DNA of 64,000 nucleotides, taken from assembly GCF_006345805.1 (NCBI RefSeq), contig NC_043017.1, forward strand, positions 4,278,001 to 4,342,000. Reading direction: 5' to 3'. Positions 63,836 through 64,000 of this stretch are shown here, in pieces. The notes beneath the pieces were generated by a model that made no database searches, was not told the DNA's origin, and saw nothing but the letters and a program-made list of their open reading frames with translations. Within the stretch, counting starts at the first letter, position 1. Each line of letters begins with the position of its first letter. Source of the DNA: Octopus sinensis (taxonomy: Eukaryota). A program made the position numbers and the translations under genes.

Positions 63836-64000
63836 AAGGTGGTGAGCTAACAGAAGCATTAGCACGCAGGACAAAATGCTTAGCGGTATTTCGTCTGCTG
63901 CTATGTTCCGAGTTCAAATTCCGCCGAGGTCGACTTTGCCTCTCATCCTTTCGGGGTCGATTAAGTAAGTACCAGTTATGCACTGGGGTCAATATAATCG
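63836..64000 (+). mobile_element. SINE family C, runs off the window end
   Basis: AAGGTGGTGAGCTAACAGAAGC...GAGTTCAAATTCCGCCGAGGTCGACTTTGCC. Confidence 0.88.

Overview
Eukaryotic, AT-rich, repeat-saturated DNA with no credible intact host protein-coding exon, so probably a large intron or intergenic region. The tRNA-derived SINE families and very large (TA)n/(TATG)n microsatellites fit an octopus (cephalopod) genome; this is inference from repeat content. Contents: many SINE copies, here called families A-D, plus an unclassified repeat E. Non-LTR retrotransposon remnants include a young 5'-truncated R4/Dong-like element in (TAA)n, RTE, CR1/L2-like and Penelope GIY-YIG pieces. DNA transposon remnants include maT/DD37D, mariner, pogo/Tigger, piggyBac-type TTAA MITEs, a hAT end and non-autonomous Helitrons. 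There is also a 28S rRNA fragment and a tRNA-Glu pseudogene. The most interesting signal is a set of small non-coding elements, mostly (TA)n-flanked, carrying type I hammerhead ribozyme (HHR) folds from at least three unrelated sequence families. (1) A 430-bp unit with terminal direct repeats (2118-2580). (2) An inverted pair with a compensatory U3-A8 core (61431-61846). (3) A minimal HHR family (19534-19569, 50950-50985). A possible scrambled or pseudoknotted HHR lies at 6609-6674. Together they suggest a retrozyme / Penelope-dependent small self-cleaving RNA system. All folds were derived by eye and none has been tested.
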